From IMG/VR virus record IMGVR_UViG_3300023184_000027, positions 124,001 through 188,000 of that record: a stretch of DNA of 64,000 nucleotides. One strand, given 5' to 3'. How positions within the stretch are numbered: position 1 is the stretch's first letter; each line of letters starts with the position of its first letter. A program made the translations under genes and the position numbers. This document shows, in pieces, positions 39,401 to 49,287 of the stretch. Under the pieces are notes generated by a model, which saw nothing but the letters and a program-made list of their open reading frames with translations, made no database searches and was not told where the DNA came from.

Positions 39401-42400
39401 TGGAGATAATCCTGGTGTTGGTGTTAGTGTTGGTGTTGGAGTTGGATTTAAACCTTTTGTTGGTGTTGGTGTTTGTGTTGGTGTTTTAGTTGGTGTTGGT
39501 GTTTGTGTTGGTGTTTTAGTTGGCGTTTTAGTTGGCGTTGGAGTTTTAGTGTTTGTAGGTGTTGGTGTTGGTGTAACTGATATAGCATCGCCGGTTATTA
39601 TCCAACCAAAAGTATTTATAAGCACACCTCGTGGATTGTCCTCTATTATGGTATATGTTAATCCGACAGCACCTAACGGAACATTATATTTTTTTATTGG
39701 TAACACCGACCATTTTAATAATAAATTATCATAATTTGTTAAGCTCATAGTACTTCCGTTAAACATGTTCTCCATGTTAACGACTGATTTAATATCCCAA
39801 TTTGATATATCTTGATTAAATAGTGTTGAATAGAACATACCTCCCATATGAGTCACATTACTAACATTCCAATTACCAATTGGTTGGTCAAATTGACAAT
39901 CGTAGAACATACCACGCATTGTAGTTACCCCACTAACATTCCAATTTTCAAGACTTTCATTATATTTTGAATTACGAAACATATAACTCATGTTAACAAC
40001 ACTATTGACATTCCAATCACCTATTGGTTGATTAAACGATGAGACGTAAAACATATAAGACATATCTTTAACGTTACTAACATTCCAGGAGTTAAGAGAT
40101 TGATTAAATAATGATGTGTTAAACATATGTGACATATTGGTAACACCGCTAACATTCCAACTAGAGATATCTTGATTAAATTTTGAAGACGCGAACATAT
40201 ATATCATATTACGAACATTACCAACGTTCCAATTTGAAATATTTTCATCAAAAATTGTTGCGTTAAACATATAACTCATATTAATAACTTTTGATGTGTC
40301 CCAATTATTTAAATCTTGATTAAATGGTGTTGAATAAAACATGTATGTCATATTGGTAACATTACTAACATTCCAATTACCTATTGGTTGATTAAACGAT
40401 GCGTTATAAAACATAAATGACATATCGGTAACATGACTAACAACCCAATTTGATATATCTTCATTAAATATTGACCCTCTAAACATCCCTAACATAGTCG
40501 TAACACTACTAACATCCCAATTTGATATACCCTGATTAAACACAGACTCTCTAAACATACTTGTCATAGTCGTAACACTACTGACAACCCAATTACCGAT
40601 TGGTTGATTAAATGATGAAGAGTAAAACATAGATGACATATCTTTAACATTATTAACATTCCAATCACCGATTGGTTGGTTAAATCTTGATAAAGTAAAC
40701 ATATTTGACATATCAATAACGTTACTAACATCCCACATAGAAATATCTTGGTCAAATAACGATGAAGTAAACATACTTCTCATATCTGTTACATTACTAA
40801 CATCCCAAGTCGATATGTCTTGGTTAAATAATGAATCATAAAACATGGTTGCCATATTGGTAACACTACTAACGACCCAATTACCGATTGGTTGATTAAA
40901 TATTGATTTATAAAACATGTTTGACATATCGGTAACATTACTAACATCCCAATTTGATATATCTTGATTAAACGATGTGTTATAAAACATTCCTGTCATA
41001 TTTGTTATATTACTAACATCCCACAATTCTATATTATTAATTAAGGTTAAATTGGTACAATTAAAGAATAACCGGTATAAACTAGTTGTGCCTGTTAATG
41101 TTAATGCGTCGTTAACATTGTCTAAAACTAAATTAGTACACCCATAAAAACAAGAAGTACTATTCCCTAAATTTAAACAACCCCAATTAACTATTGATAA
41201 GAGCTTAGTTTTGTCAATATTATTCCCAAAAGACCACTTTACTACCACACCAGTTATTGTAATTGTATAATCACCACCATCAGCATAAATGTGTTTTCTG
41301 TTTGCATAACTATTCACAGAAGTCGTTCCATCCCCCCAATCTATCGTACCACTATATGTTCCTCCGACTACATAAGGTAATGTAACACTATTAAATGACG
41401 ATTTTAACCTCCATGTTGATATAAAATCTAGATTATGTGATATTACTATTGGGGTGGGTGTAGGTGTTGGTGTTAGAGTTTCTGTTGGTGTATTAGTTGG
41501 GGTTGAAGTGTTAGTTGGGGTTAAAGTCAAGGATAATCCTGATGTTGGTGTAGGTGTAGGTGATAATCCTGGCGTTGGAGTTGGAGTTGATGTCTCTGTA
41601 GGAGTTGGAGTGGGTGTCTCTGTAGGAGTGACTTCAGGAGTGACTAATGTATAGTCAATATATACAACCTCACCAAAAGTGAAATTGGTGTTTGTTTGAT
41701 TTACTAATGTAATCCCCGCTTCCGAAACAGTGTCTATAAAATAACCACTTTCGTCGCTAAGTATCTGAACTGAATCTGACCCACCACTAAACACCGCAAC
41801 AGATTCATTCTGACCAATTGTAAGTAAAAAATTATTACCAACCATATTACCAAAATAATCGGTTTGATTAACACCATTATTATCAATGTTATTAAAATAT
41901 ATTCCACCATTCTCTGATATATTATTAGGGTTATTATCTGCAATATGTAAACTATAATTAGCCAATAATGTTTCACCTGATAATGGAATATCAATATTAC
42001 TTATTAAAGAATACGGAATACCATCATTTATTGATGATATATCGAGAGAATTAATTAATAATATGGATTCGGAAAATTTATACTGTGTGTTCTCAATAAA
42101 ATAACCATCAATTGTTATATCACCTACAATACAATCGATGGATGTTATTGGTAAATTTATAACTCCAGGTCCATAAACAAACCAACCAACCTTTATATCA
42201 CATAAATTAGTGTTAGAAAATTTACCTATGTTTCCTGTTGGGTTTTGATTGGTATATGGCCCTAAAAATGATTGAGTTGGGGTTGCAGTTGGAGTTGGAG
42301 TTGGAGTATTCGTAGGTGTTTGGGTTGGTGTTTGGTCCGGTGTTTGGTTTGGAGTTACTCGTATTCTTTCATATTTTATATCTGAAGGTGGCCAACTAAT

Positions 42401-42595
42401 ACTCGTTAACACTCTTATACGACCTAAACTATTATTACTAGAAGAAAAAGTCCCATTAATGCACCAAATATTTTTTATTTGGTTTGGCATTAACTCCACC
42501 TGTCTTTTCCAAACAGAATCAGACAAATTTTGAAAAGTTATAGTTATTTTTTCATCACCATCATTTATTACCACTAGTCTTTGACCTATTGACAT
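36452..42595 (-). CDS. Giant modular surface/fibre protein: two BspA/DUF285 LRR arrays, PKD-like caps, four FN3-like modules, six Pro-Thr tracts
   Basis: Repeats of type [24 protein letters not shown]; IDWGDGT caps occur twice; long (TP)n tracts separate the domains. Confidence 0.85.
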   Translation of the reverse strand: MSIGQRLVVINDGDEKITITFQNLSDSVWKRQVELMPNQIKNIWCINGTFSSSNNSLGRIRVLTSISWPPSDIKYERIRVTPNQTPDQTPTQTPTNTPTPTPTATPTQSFLGPYTNQNPTGNIGKFSNTNLCDIKVGWFVYGPGVINLPITSIDCIVGDITIDGYFIENTQYKFSESILLINSLDISSINDGIPYSLISNIDIPLSGETLLANYSLHIADNNPNNISENGGIYFNNIDNNGVNQTDYFGNMVGNNFLLTIGQNESVAVFSGGSDSVQILSDESGYFIDTVSEAGITLVNQTNTNFTFGEVVYIDYTLVTPEVTPTETPTPTPTETSTPTPTPGLSPTPTPTSGLSLTLTPTNTSTPTNTPTETLTPTPTPTPIVISHNLDFISTWRLKSSFNSVTLPYVVGGTYSGTIDWGDGTTSVNSYANRKHIYADGGDYTITITGVVVKWSFGNNIDKTKLLSIVNWGCLNLGNSTSCFYGCTNLVLDNVNDALTLTGTTSLYRLFFNCTNLTLINNIELWDVSNITNMTGMFYNTSFNQDISNWDVSNVTDMSNMFYKSIFNQPIGNWVVSSVTNMATMFYDSLFNQDISTWDVSNVTDMRSMFTSSLFDQDISMWDVSNVIDMSNMFTLSRFNQPIGDWNVNNVKDMSSMFYSSSFNQPIGNWVVSSVTTMTSMFRESVFNQGISNWDVSSVTTMLGMFRGSIFNEDISNWVVSHVTDMSFMFYNASFNQPIGNWNVSNVTNMTYMFYSTPFNQDLNNWDTSKVINMSYMFNATIFDENISNWNVGNVRNMIYMFASSKFNQDISSWNVSGVTNMSHMFNTSLFNQSLNSWNVSNVKDMSYMFYVSSFNQPIGDWNVNSVVNMSYMFRNSKYNESLENWNVSGVTTMRGMFYDCQFDQPIGNWNVSNVTHMGGMFYSTLFNQDISNWDIKSVVNMENMFNGSTMSLTNYDNLLLKWSVLPIKKYNVPLGAVGLTYTIIEDNPRGVLINTFGWIITGDAISVTPTPTPTNTKTPTPTKTPTKTPTQTPTPTKTPTQTPTPTKGLNPTPTPTLTPTPGLSPTPTKTPTPTKTPTKTPTPTKTLTKTPTLTPTPTLTSTPTRTPTKTPTQTPTNTKTSTPTPTNTKTPTQTPTQTSGIIYETPIIYNVQRVSINYYLIYFTTANNYPCNSVLSYGSLDNITWFSGTSNSCSSPVGLSTSLDSSGTIYVKIKQISIYGVESYSNIALYTNDAFTTSLPTPTPTPTPTPTPTPGLGAQNLPVITNIVRTGGSTYNIFVTPGNTSACLNIILYYSFNNVDWSYYGVYNCGSLFPFGSFSYTGIVYIKIGQTYVGSQTVIYSDISLYSGGVVITPISETSCLPPTIISVSNLSSSTLLVDFTPPVSCNSVIVQYSYDNISWGYASVTYGETNCSSPISFNSFKTTGDVYVRLIQYCSSNSTNSDYSNVVLYTFPSVTPTPTPTKTTTPTITPTPTTTPIVSGPQLVPTISSIIQRSTTVYQVYMVIGNTLPCQFMSIYYSFDNVTWANTNNMTCTTTTTFQTYSTYVSFIYVKIFQRYVDGSSVFSDVYLYQNGLTTLVVAPTPTPTPTITMSPTPTITQTPTMTRTPTRTPNPYGNDFTSRWRTLVINDTITLPYIVDGNYGGTIDWGDGTTSVNSYANRAHTYSSIGYYIIKVTGLVRGWEFNSDEALDYEDSGIYPNNYKIYSILNWGNFSLRGGTYAQFSYCVNLTLDSVIGVLNLTDYDEEENYGYITISGLFYKCHSIRTINNITSWDLRYITSLSSMFDGTQFNQDISSWNISGIRYMGGMFSYNTSFNQPNINNWDVSNVVSMSQMFYNSSFNQNISSWNVSGVTDMSYMFHGTPFNQPIGNWNVSNVTDMSYMFRRSSFNQPIGNWDVSKVTNMTGMFTENNLFNQSINNWDVSNVTSMSSMFNTSSFNQPLNSWNVSNVNNMSSMFSYNTSFSQDISNWNISKVQSMIYMFTNTTPMSSTNYNNLLIKWSQLRLTNNVAIGVRLDVPGFLYTSVSASNARYILTNICEWNIVGDIGSF
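36645..37285 (-). repeat. BspA/DUF285 LRR array 2 (9 units of 24-26 aa)
   Basis: Counted from the translation (W.VS.V..MS.MF...FNQ units). Confidence 0.85.
39182..39575 (-). repeat. Longest Pro-Thr (mucin-like) tract
   Basis: [10 protein letters not shown]... encoded by degenerate ACACCA repeats. Confidence 0.9.
39750..41026 (-). repeat. BspA/DUF285 LRR array 1 (about 18 units of 24 aa / 72 nt)
   Basis: Counted from the translation. Confidence 0.88.
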
Positions 42596-42619
42596 ACTAT
42601 TTTCTTTTTAATCACAATG

Positions 42620-43723
42620 TTATGTTGGTATCTCAACGGCAAAACAAATTTCACCATGTTCTCTTATTAATCTTTCCATATCAGCAAATGAAATATAGGA
42701 GTGTCCTGATTGACCCCAAGATTTTCCCCAACTATTTTTAATTCTGAAAAGTCTCGTCACCGTATTAACACCATTAATAACATAAGCGTGTCCTCCAGCA
42801 ATACGACCACTAATTCTAATTAAACCATTTCTATCTGGATAAAACATCCCATTATACCAATTAGTTCCAACAACAACAGGACCTAAATTTAAAACAGAAT
42901 TTATTAAACTTGTTAAATCAAAACCCCAATAATAGGAAGAAACTTTACGAACACTTTGTAAATATTTAACACCACCTCTAACTGATGTACCATCATAATT
43001 CTCACCAACCCATTCGTCAACTCTTTGAGCGTTTTCATAAATAACCCTAGGCGGTATTATCGGAGCAACCCCACTTTGAGGAACCGGACCATCTTCTAAC
43101 CAATGAGCCCAAGCATATCCAACACATTGGGGTGTATTACCTTGGTTACCCCACCATCCATTATCATCCCAGTATCTATTGGTAATTCTAACAGGTACGG
43201 CACTTAAAAGATTATTTATAGAATATTTATGGTCTCTTTCATCAGGTATATATTGTCTACCTAATTGATATGTTTTATTAATACTTTCTATAAGAACAAT
43301 TGGTTCGTTAACACAACAAGGAAATTCTGAAACATAACAACTATCATACACCAAATCATCGGCAATGAATGATTCCTGAACATTAATATTAAGTTTTTCT
43401 CTAATTGGTAAGATAAGTACACCATCAGAATTTCTTAACATAAACTCACCTTCATACCTACCAACACGATTGGTGTCTTTGGATGTGAATTGGTAATATA
43501 TGTAATATTCTGGTTCGGCATTGGGGTCTATTGAGGTTTTCTCAACAAATCCACCCGGTCTTGAAGTAATTTTTGGTATTCCCGTTTCTACATCTACCAT
43601 TGAAAAGAAAATTGACGATAACTCTATGGTTTTCATAAAATTATTGTAATCACTTCTTCCATCTTTTACGACTTGGAATTTTAAAACAGGTAAAGTCGAG
43701 TTTTTCTTAATAAAAAAATCCAT
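42620..43723 (-). CDS. BppU-like N-terminal domain fused to a papain-family (C1) cysteine peptidase
   Basis: N-terminal F.IKKNSTLPVLKF...YYQFT..DT...GRYEGEF...LP; C-terminal NQGNTPQCVGYA, GGHAY, IKNSWGKSWG with catalytic Q/C/H/N intact. Confidence 0.8.
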   Translation of the reverse strand: MDFFIKKNSTLPVLKFQVVKDGRSDYNNFMKTIELSSIFFSMVDVETGIPKITSRPGGFVEKTSIDPNAEPEYYIYYQFTSKDTNRVGRYEGEFMLRNSDGVLILPIREKLNINVQESFIADDLVYDSCYVSEFPCCVNEPIVLIESINKTYQLGRQYIPDERDHKYSINNLLSAVPVRITNRYWDDNGWWGNQGNTPQCVGYAWAHWLEDGPVPQSGVAPIIPPRVIYENAQRVDEWVGENYDGTSVRGGVKYLQSVRKVSSYYWGFDLTSLINSVLNLGPVVVGTNWYNGMFYPDRNGLIRISGRIAGGHAYVINGVNTVTRLFRIKNSWGKSWGQSGHSYISFADMERLIREHGEICFAVEIPT

Positions 43724-43769
43724 CTATTATTTTTTATTATAAATAGTTGGATTTTTAAAAATAAATGAT

Positions 43770-45446
43770 TTAACTCTCTTTTCTTAATGAACCATCGTAA
43801 TGTTCAAATCGGTCGTGTTCTGTTGGTGTTAACAATAATAATCCCGGATTGATTTTTCCTTTGACGGTTTCTTGATAACTATATGACATAAGGGTCTGTT
43901 CAAATGGATGCGCCCACTTTGTTTCTAAATAACATTTGTAATTGCCCTCTCTTGATAACACAATTGGCCAATTTGAAAGGTAGACTTCTCCTGTAACATA
44001 TGGTAACCCTTTGTGAATATGAATTTCTTTAAATTTTGTTTTTGGCGAATTGGGGTCTAAACCTTGAACAGGTAATTTAGGGTTGTTTGGCCAATGTTTT
44101 TGTCTAAAATCTTGGGGTACATTATACCAACTCCATTGTACACTATTATCACCAAAAAACTCACTAAAATTAAGTTTAAGAAAATCAAAATTTTCTTTAG
44201 CAAGTATATCTAATGATTTTTGATATAAGTTATCAACAAAACGGGGGAATCCATTTCTACAAACTTCACCTTTTTTAGGGTAAAACGCCATATCATCTTC
44301 AAACCACCAATAACAATCTAAATCAGTTTCGTCAAAATGTTCAGCAACAAATACTCTACCACCAACAATACCAATATTATCTTTTTTAATATGTTCAAAA
44401 CCATATTGCTCACATAGTTCAATATATCTCGGTGTTGTGGATAAATCTGTTGAGTTGTCTAATAAAAATTTCTTTGGTTTCTCCACAAAATCTTTATCGT
44501 AGTCCAACATAGATTGGATAAGAACTTCTAATTGTTTTGGTGAATTAAATGTAATGACATAAAGACCAACTTTTGATGTGTCTAAATTATTCACAATAAC
44601 ATCTTTAGATACTTCCGATTTAACCTCAACCGTCATATCTTTTAAATCTTCAAAAAACTTACCCATTAACCCATTACCATCTATTTCTGAATAAGTAATT
44701 AAGTTTGGGTACTTATATGTCATAATAGTAAATAATGATTCTTCAGTACCCATTAAACCATTTGAAAGGGTTTCATTCATTAATCCGTAATAAATGTTAT
44801 TAATTTCGGATATAACATCTTTTTTTCCACCAAAGAAACCTGCTCGAGCAACCATATTAACAGGTTTACCTGCTAAATCACATAACTCTTGATACTTGAA
44901 TCCGTGAATTTCACTATTAGTTTCATAAGGAAAACAAACAAAGTGGAAATTCTTAACTAATTTAGGTAATTTATCTAAAACTTTGTCATGAGTAAAGTAT
45001 CCAGGGTGGATTGTATTGGTTAATCCGGCATCAATCCAAAACATATATTCCGAATCAAACTTATCTAATATTTTCGCATCATGTAAAAGATAAACTTTTG
45101 ACATAACCAAAGGGTTATACATTTCTAATTTGGCTTGTGTTGAATCAGTTAACCAACCGACCTGATTATACCAATCAGGGTTTGTTCTTATCTTTTTAAT
45201 TTTATCGTAAAATTCGTTATTTTTAAACCAAGATAAATCTCTACGAACAAATTGAGTGTTTTCACTTCGTCGATTATTTAATACAAAATTCTCTAATTCT
45301 TCATCTCCAAAAATTATCATATTAACATCAACTTGTAATAATTGTTGAAACTTATCTAAATAATGTTGGAATGAACGGGACCACCCTTCTTGAAGGTCTC
45401 CTCTACCTATGTCCCATAATCCTGTAACTAATGTTATTTTACTCAT
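43770..45446 (-). CDS. Two-domain glycosyltransferase-like protein (HtrL/YibB-like N-domain + GT-A domain)
   Basis: ITLVTGLWDIGR...SKVYLL...FWIDAG...AGFFGG...TEES, then YVITFNSP...LLDNS...WWFEDD. Confidence 0.7.
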   Translation of the reverse strand: MSKITLVTGLWDIGRGDLQEGWSRSFQHYLDKFQQLLQVDVNMIIFGDEELENFVLNNRRSENTQFVRRDLSWFKNNEFYDKIKKIRTNPDWYNQVGWLTDSTQAKLEMYNPLVMSKVYLLHDAKILDKFDSEYMFWIDAGLTNTIHPGYFTHDKVLDKLPKLVKNFHFVCFPYETNSEIHGFKYQELCDLAGKPVNMVARAGFFGGKKDVISEINNIYYGLMNETLSNGLMGTEESLFTIMTYKYPNLITYSEIDGNGLMGKFFEDLKDMTVEVKSEVSKDVIVNNLDTSKVGLYVITFNSPKQLEVLIQSMLDYDKDFVEKPKKFLLDNSTDLSTTPRYIELCEQYGFEHIKKDNIGIVGGRVFVAEHFDETDLDCYWWFEDDMAFYPKKGEVCRNGFPRFVDNLYQKSLDILAKENFDFLKLNFSEFFGDNSVQWSWYNVPQDFRQKHWPNNPKLPVQGLDPNSPKTKFKEIHIHKGLPYVTGEVYLSNWPIVLSREGNYKCYLETKWAHPFEQTLMSYSYQETVKGKINPGLLLLTPTEHDRFEHYDGSLRKES

Positions 45447-45447
45447 A

Positions 45448-46206
45448 TTATCTTTCTAAATATTGTAATTTATAAAACTTATCGGCGTTATCAGATGCAC
45501 TTTCTGAGCGGTACCACCAACAACCACCTCTTTCATTTGGTAAATGTCCGATAATTGGAAATGATTCTACTCTTGGGGAGAAATCGGTATCTTTATCATA
45601 ACTAACTACCCATTTTTCAATATTGTGTTTACCCATATATGCTGATAAAATTATATCGTCACTCCAAGATTCACCAACAAATTCAGTAAAAAAATCGGAT
45701 TTAAAAAAACTTCTCTTATATGATGCTGTTTTGTAACCCTCAATAATCTTAACTCTAACATCTTGTGTAACTGTTGTACAAAAATGACAAGTACCATTCA
45801 AAGCCGACATACCAGCAAACCCAATTACAGCATTTGGGTATTGTTTTCTTTTTTCTAAATGATATTCTATAAAACCATCTTCGTAAGATAAATCATCATC
45901 AACAATAATAATAATAATATCTTCATTTTCGTCTGTTCGTAAAATTGTTGGTAAAATTTTAGTCATAGACCCATAATCATCAGTTCTAAATATTTTTAAT
46001 TTTGAATCGGTAATTTCCGACAACCAAGAAGGTATTGAATACTCTTCGTTTGTTTTTTTAACAATATATGGTATGTTAAGATGAATTTCATAATTAGTAT
46101 ATGAAAGGGTTAATAATCTATTTATAACTGGTTGTAAACCCCCATTTGGGTCGTGGTAATTTAGTCTTGAAGGAATAGTTGTTAAACTAATAATTATTTT
46201 TTCCAT
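45448..46206 (-). CDS. GT-A fold glycosyltransferase
   Basis: IIISLTTIPSR...DYGSMTKILP...IIIVDDD...SDDIILS. Confidence 0.72.
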   Translation of the reverse strand: MEKIIISLTTIPSRLNYHDPNGGLQPVINRLLTLSYTNYEIHLNIPYIVKKTNEEYSIPSWLSEITDSKLKIFRTDDYGSMTKILPTILRTDENEDIIIIIVDDDLSYEDGFIEYHLEKRKQYPNAVIGFAGMSALNGTCHFCTTVTQDVRVKIIEGYKTASYKRSFFKSDFFTEFVGESWSDDIILSAYMGKHNIEKWVVSYDKDTDFSPRVESFPIIGHLPNERGGCWWYRSESASDNADKFYKLQYLER

Positions 46207-46215
46207 TATTGTAAT

Positions 46216-46911
46216 TTATTTATTTTTATTAATATCGTATTTTAAAAACAAAGTTTGTCTCCCATTAAATAATGGGATATACCCTTCTTCTAATAAAACA
46301 GGAGATAGTAAAGCATCTTTACCACCATCATTTGTTATGTAATCAGTATCATCAATTAAAATTAAATTTGTGTCTGATAGTTTATCTTTTGATGCGTAAT
46401 ACGCCTCTAAATGTTTTTCAGCATACATTGGAGTACCTTTATCCCAACCATCTAAAAATAAGACATCAATTTTAGATGGAAATTCTTTTAAAAATTCTAT
46501 ACCGTCTTTTGGTATTACAATATTTAAATTATTAGGTACCTCTCGACCTAAATTAGAATAAGACCATTTAACACCATTAATACAATTTATATCAATATCT
46601 ACGGTATGTACATCAAACCCTGCTTCTACCCAAAAAAAACCTCCGTGACCATCACAACAACAAGGGGGTGATAAATAAGAATTGTTTTCACTATTATAAT
46701 AATCAACACATCCTTGTGTAACAGATAATCTTGTTGACCCAATTTCAACAACGGTTTTCATTTGCAAATAGTTAGCGATTTCTATAGCTTTTTTTAAATA
46801 ATATGCGGGTTTAGAACGTTTAAAATCATAATCTTCTCCGGTTAAATTATCGTATGTCCAAAATTTCTTATCAATTTTGAAATTATGAACCATTTCATAT
46901 ATTTTTTTCAT
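46216..46911 (-). CDS. Class I SAM-dependent methyltransferase (Methyltransf_24-like)
   Basis: VVEIGS, TVDID, IDVLFLDG, ILIDD. Confidence 0.75.
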   Translation of the reverse strand: MKKIYEMVHNFKIDKKFWTYDNLTGEDYDFKRSKPAYYLKKAIEIANYLQMKTVVEIGSTRLSVTQGCVDYYNSENNSYLSPPCCCDGHGGFFWVEAGFDVHTVDIDINCINGVKWSYSNLGREVPNNLNIVIPKDGIEFLKEFPSKIDVLFLDGWDKGTPMYAEKHLEAYYASKDKLSDTNLILIDDTDYITNDGGKDALLSPVLLEEGYIPLFNGRQTLFLKYDINKNK

Positions 46912-46916
46912 TTTTT

Positions 46917-47600
46917 TTACATTATAGGGTTTAGATATGAATCTCCATTTATTGTTAAATCAACGGAATGATATCCACATTTTTCCGAAAAATCATTAAC
47001 TATTTTTTGAGCATCATCTAAAGTTAAATCATTATGAAAATTATTTTCAAATAAAATAAATGGTTTGATATTATTTTTAATCAAATATCCCATCATATCT
47101 TTTATAATTGGTAAATCTCTATTTTCAGTATCTATTTTAATAAATGTAATTTCATTTGGTAAAATAGTATTTATTTTTTCTAAAAAATAATCCATTTTAT
47201 AAAATTTAGTTTCACCATAAGATTTTGAAACTTTAGATAACCCTAAGTTAATACTATCATCTAAATCTTTATTTGACCAATAATCAATTCCCGAATCGTC
47301 AAAAAGAAAATCCCCCTCAACATCTGACAACCCAAAATTATGTACGGTCACCTCAAGATTATTTTTAAATTTTTCAACCATATATTCACTAAGTCTTTTA
47401 GATGCCTCAACAATTATACATTTATCTACTTTATATTTTTTAGACACTTCATCATAAAATTTACCAACATTCCCCCCAATATCAATAAATGAAACATTCT
47501 TAATATCTTTAGAATCAAGATAATCAAATAACCATTTTAATTCTATTCCTATGTGTCTTAAAACAATTGTTTCATCCCAATATTTTATTGCATTATTCAT
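46917..47600 (-). CDS. FkbM-family methyltransferase
   Basis: FIDIGGNVG, VEAS, HNFGLSD, FIKIDTE, ILFE. Confidence 0.85.
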   Translation of the reverse strand: MNNAIKYWDETIVLRHIGIELKWLFDYLDSKDIKNVSFIDIGGNVGKFYDEVSKKYKVDKCIIVEASKRLSEYMVEKFKNNLEVTVHNFGLSDVEGDFLFDDSGIDYWSNKDLDDSINLGLSKVSKSYGETKFYKMDYFLEKINTILPNEITFIKIDTENRDLPIIKDMMGYLIKNNIKPFILFENNFHNDLTLDDAQKIVNDFSEKCGYHSVDLTINGDSYLNPIM

Positions 47601-47619
47601 TATATTTTAATTTATTTTT

Positions 47620-48390
47620 TTATTTTAAATGTGGGTTTATTTTTAATTTATCTATATTCACATAAGCATCAATACAACCTCTAACCCAAATTGAATAATC
47701 AACATCTCTATCAATTATATTAGAAAATGAGGCTCCTTGATTAAAAATTAAAGGAGATGACATATAAACTTTTAAATCATTTTTTAGTATATTTTCACCA
47801 TTTTCGAATGAATTAATTTGCCAACAATTTTTTTCAGTTAGTTGAGAAATGAAATAATCTATCGGAAGCCTAGAACTAAAATGTTTGTTATCGGCATAAC
47901 GTAAATTTTCGATTAAAAATTTTGCATATTTTAATGAACCAAGATATGCGTGGGACATTAAAGTTTTCTTAGTTTTTACCAAATTATTGGAAATATAATC
48001 TGTGTCTTCTTCAGGTCTAACACCTAACCATAAAACATCGGGTTTATATTTTTCTAAATCTTCAATTATTGATTTAGAAACTTTTTTTCTATCAACCGTT
48101 TCTAACGGTATTGTTTGAGAATAATAATATTCTGTTTTTATATCATCCTCCAAATAAAGAACATATCCCCAATTATTTTCTACCTGTTTTTTAGCGATTT
48201 CAATATGGCTTTGAGTACACCCATATTTATTAAAATTTGGGTCAGATATGGATACGGCCTCAAATATTTGAACACCCTCAATCCCACTATCAATAAGTTC
48301 TTTTTCAGCGATTAATAATCTATCAGTTCTTTCTTTTAAATTTATTAAAAACCCGGTATCACAAAGATACTCCCCAAACCATTTAATCAT
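47620..48390 (-). CDS. GT25-family glycosyltransferase
   Basis: INLKERTDR...FEAV...GCTQSH...LYLEDD...SHAY...PIDY. Confidence 0.82.
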   Translation of the reverse strand: MIKWFGEYLCDTGFLINLKERTDRLLIAEKELIDSGIEGVQIFEAVSISDPNFNKYGCTQSHIEIAKKQVENNWGYVLYLEDDIKTEYYYSQTIPLETVDRKKVSKSIIEDLEKYKPDVLWLGVRPEEDTDYISNNLVKTKKTLMSHAYLGSLKYAKFLIENLRYADNKHFSSRLPIDYFISQLTEKNCWQINSFENGENILKNDLKVYMSSPLIFNQGASFSNIIDRDVDYSIWVRGCIDAYVNIDKLKINPHLK

Positions 48391-49283
48391 ATAAAATTTT
48401 TTTCTTTTAATATGTCATACAAATTATCTTCACTATTTAATTTGTCAAGAGTGTATTCGTAATTCTGTTTAATTGAGTTATTGTGAGAATAATAATCATC
48501 ATTTTTTAATATTAATTGAATAATCATATCAAGGTTTGAAAATGATTCATCAAAATTAAAATCTACTTTATCGATATTTGGTGAAAAATAAAACACTGAC
48601 TCTTCATTATAATTTTTATCAATTAATCTTGACCCCCAATATATCGGTATTGACCCAGTTAAAAAACAATCATTAAGTTTTTCAGAATTAAACCCTTTTT
48701 GTAATGAGTTCTCACAACAAATTGTGTATTTGTAATCCACCATAGCATTTCTAAATTCTCCCGAAAAATTCTCAACACCACTACCATAAAAATCTATAAT
48801 ATTTTCATTTTTATATTTTTCATAAATTAAATGTCTAATTCTATGCCCTTCTGAAAAATTTTTATATGAAAATGACATTGAAATATTTTTTGTTTTTTTA
48901 TGTAATCCAATATGTTCTTCTGATAACCAAGAAGTTGTTAAACATTTTGTGGAATAATGAAATTTATCAGGACGAGATTCTATTAAATCTCCCAATAATT
49001 GTAAATTGTGTGTGATTATTAAATCAAATTTTTCAAAATCCGTTCTAATATAATCGTACACATCAGTCCATGGTGGGTTGGTATATGGTTCTAATAAAAT
49101 GCAAATATTGTAATTACCATCGTTTGGTATGTCAATATGTGTTTTTTTAATTAAATTATCGGTATACACATTTAATTTTCTTCTAACACCATCTCTTTTC
49201 CATATTATTTTTTTAGAATTTAAATAAGGTGTTAAATATGTTTGATGTCCAAAACTATTATCGTTTAATGTGATTTCTATCAT
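48387..49283 (-). CDS. GT10-like (alpha-1,3-fucosyltransferase-type) glycosyltransferase
   Basis: IDFYG and the alpha-1,3-FucT motif YKYTICCENS...FNSEKLNDCFLTGSIPIYWG. Confidence 0.82.
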   Translation of the reverse strand: MIEITLNDNSFGHQTYLTPYLNSKKIIWKRDGVRRKLNVYTDNLIKKTHIDIPNDGNYNICILLEPYTNPPWTDVYDYIRTDFEKFDLIITHNLQLLGDLIESRPDKFHYSTKCLTTSWLSEEHIGLHKKTKNISMSFSYKNFSEGHRIRHLIYEKYKNENIIDFYGSGVENFSGEFRNAMVDYKYTICCENSLQKGFNSEKLNDCFLTGSIPIYWGSRLIDKNYNEESVFYFSPNIDKVDFNFDESFSNLDMIIQLILKNDDYYSHNNSIKQNYEYTLDKLNSEDNLYDILKEKNFI

Positions 49284-49287
49284 TTTT

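Noticed and set aside
39213-39734. Plus-strand Val-Gly-repeat ORFs (also 41454-41654, 60903-61340, 52799-53050)
   Set aside because: Antisense shadows of the Thr-Pro codon repeats, which lack stops on the opposite strand; no independent evidence of expression.
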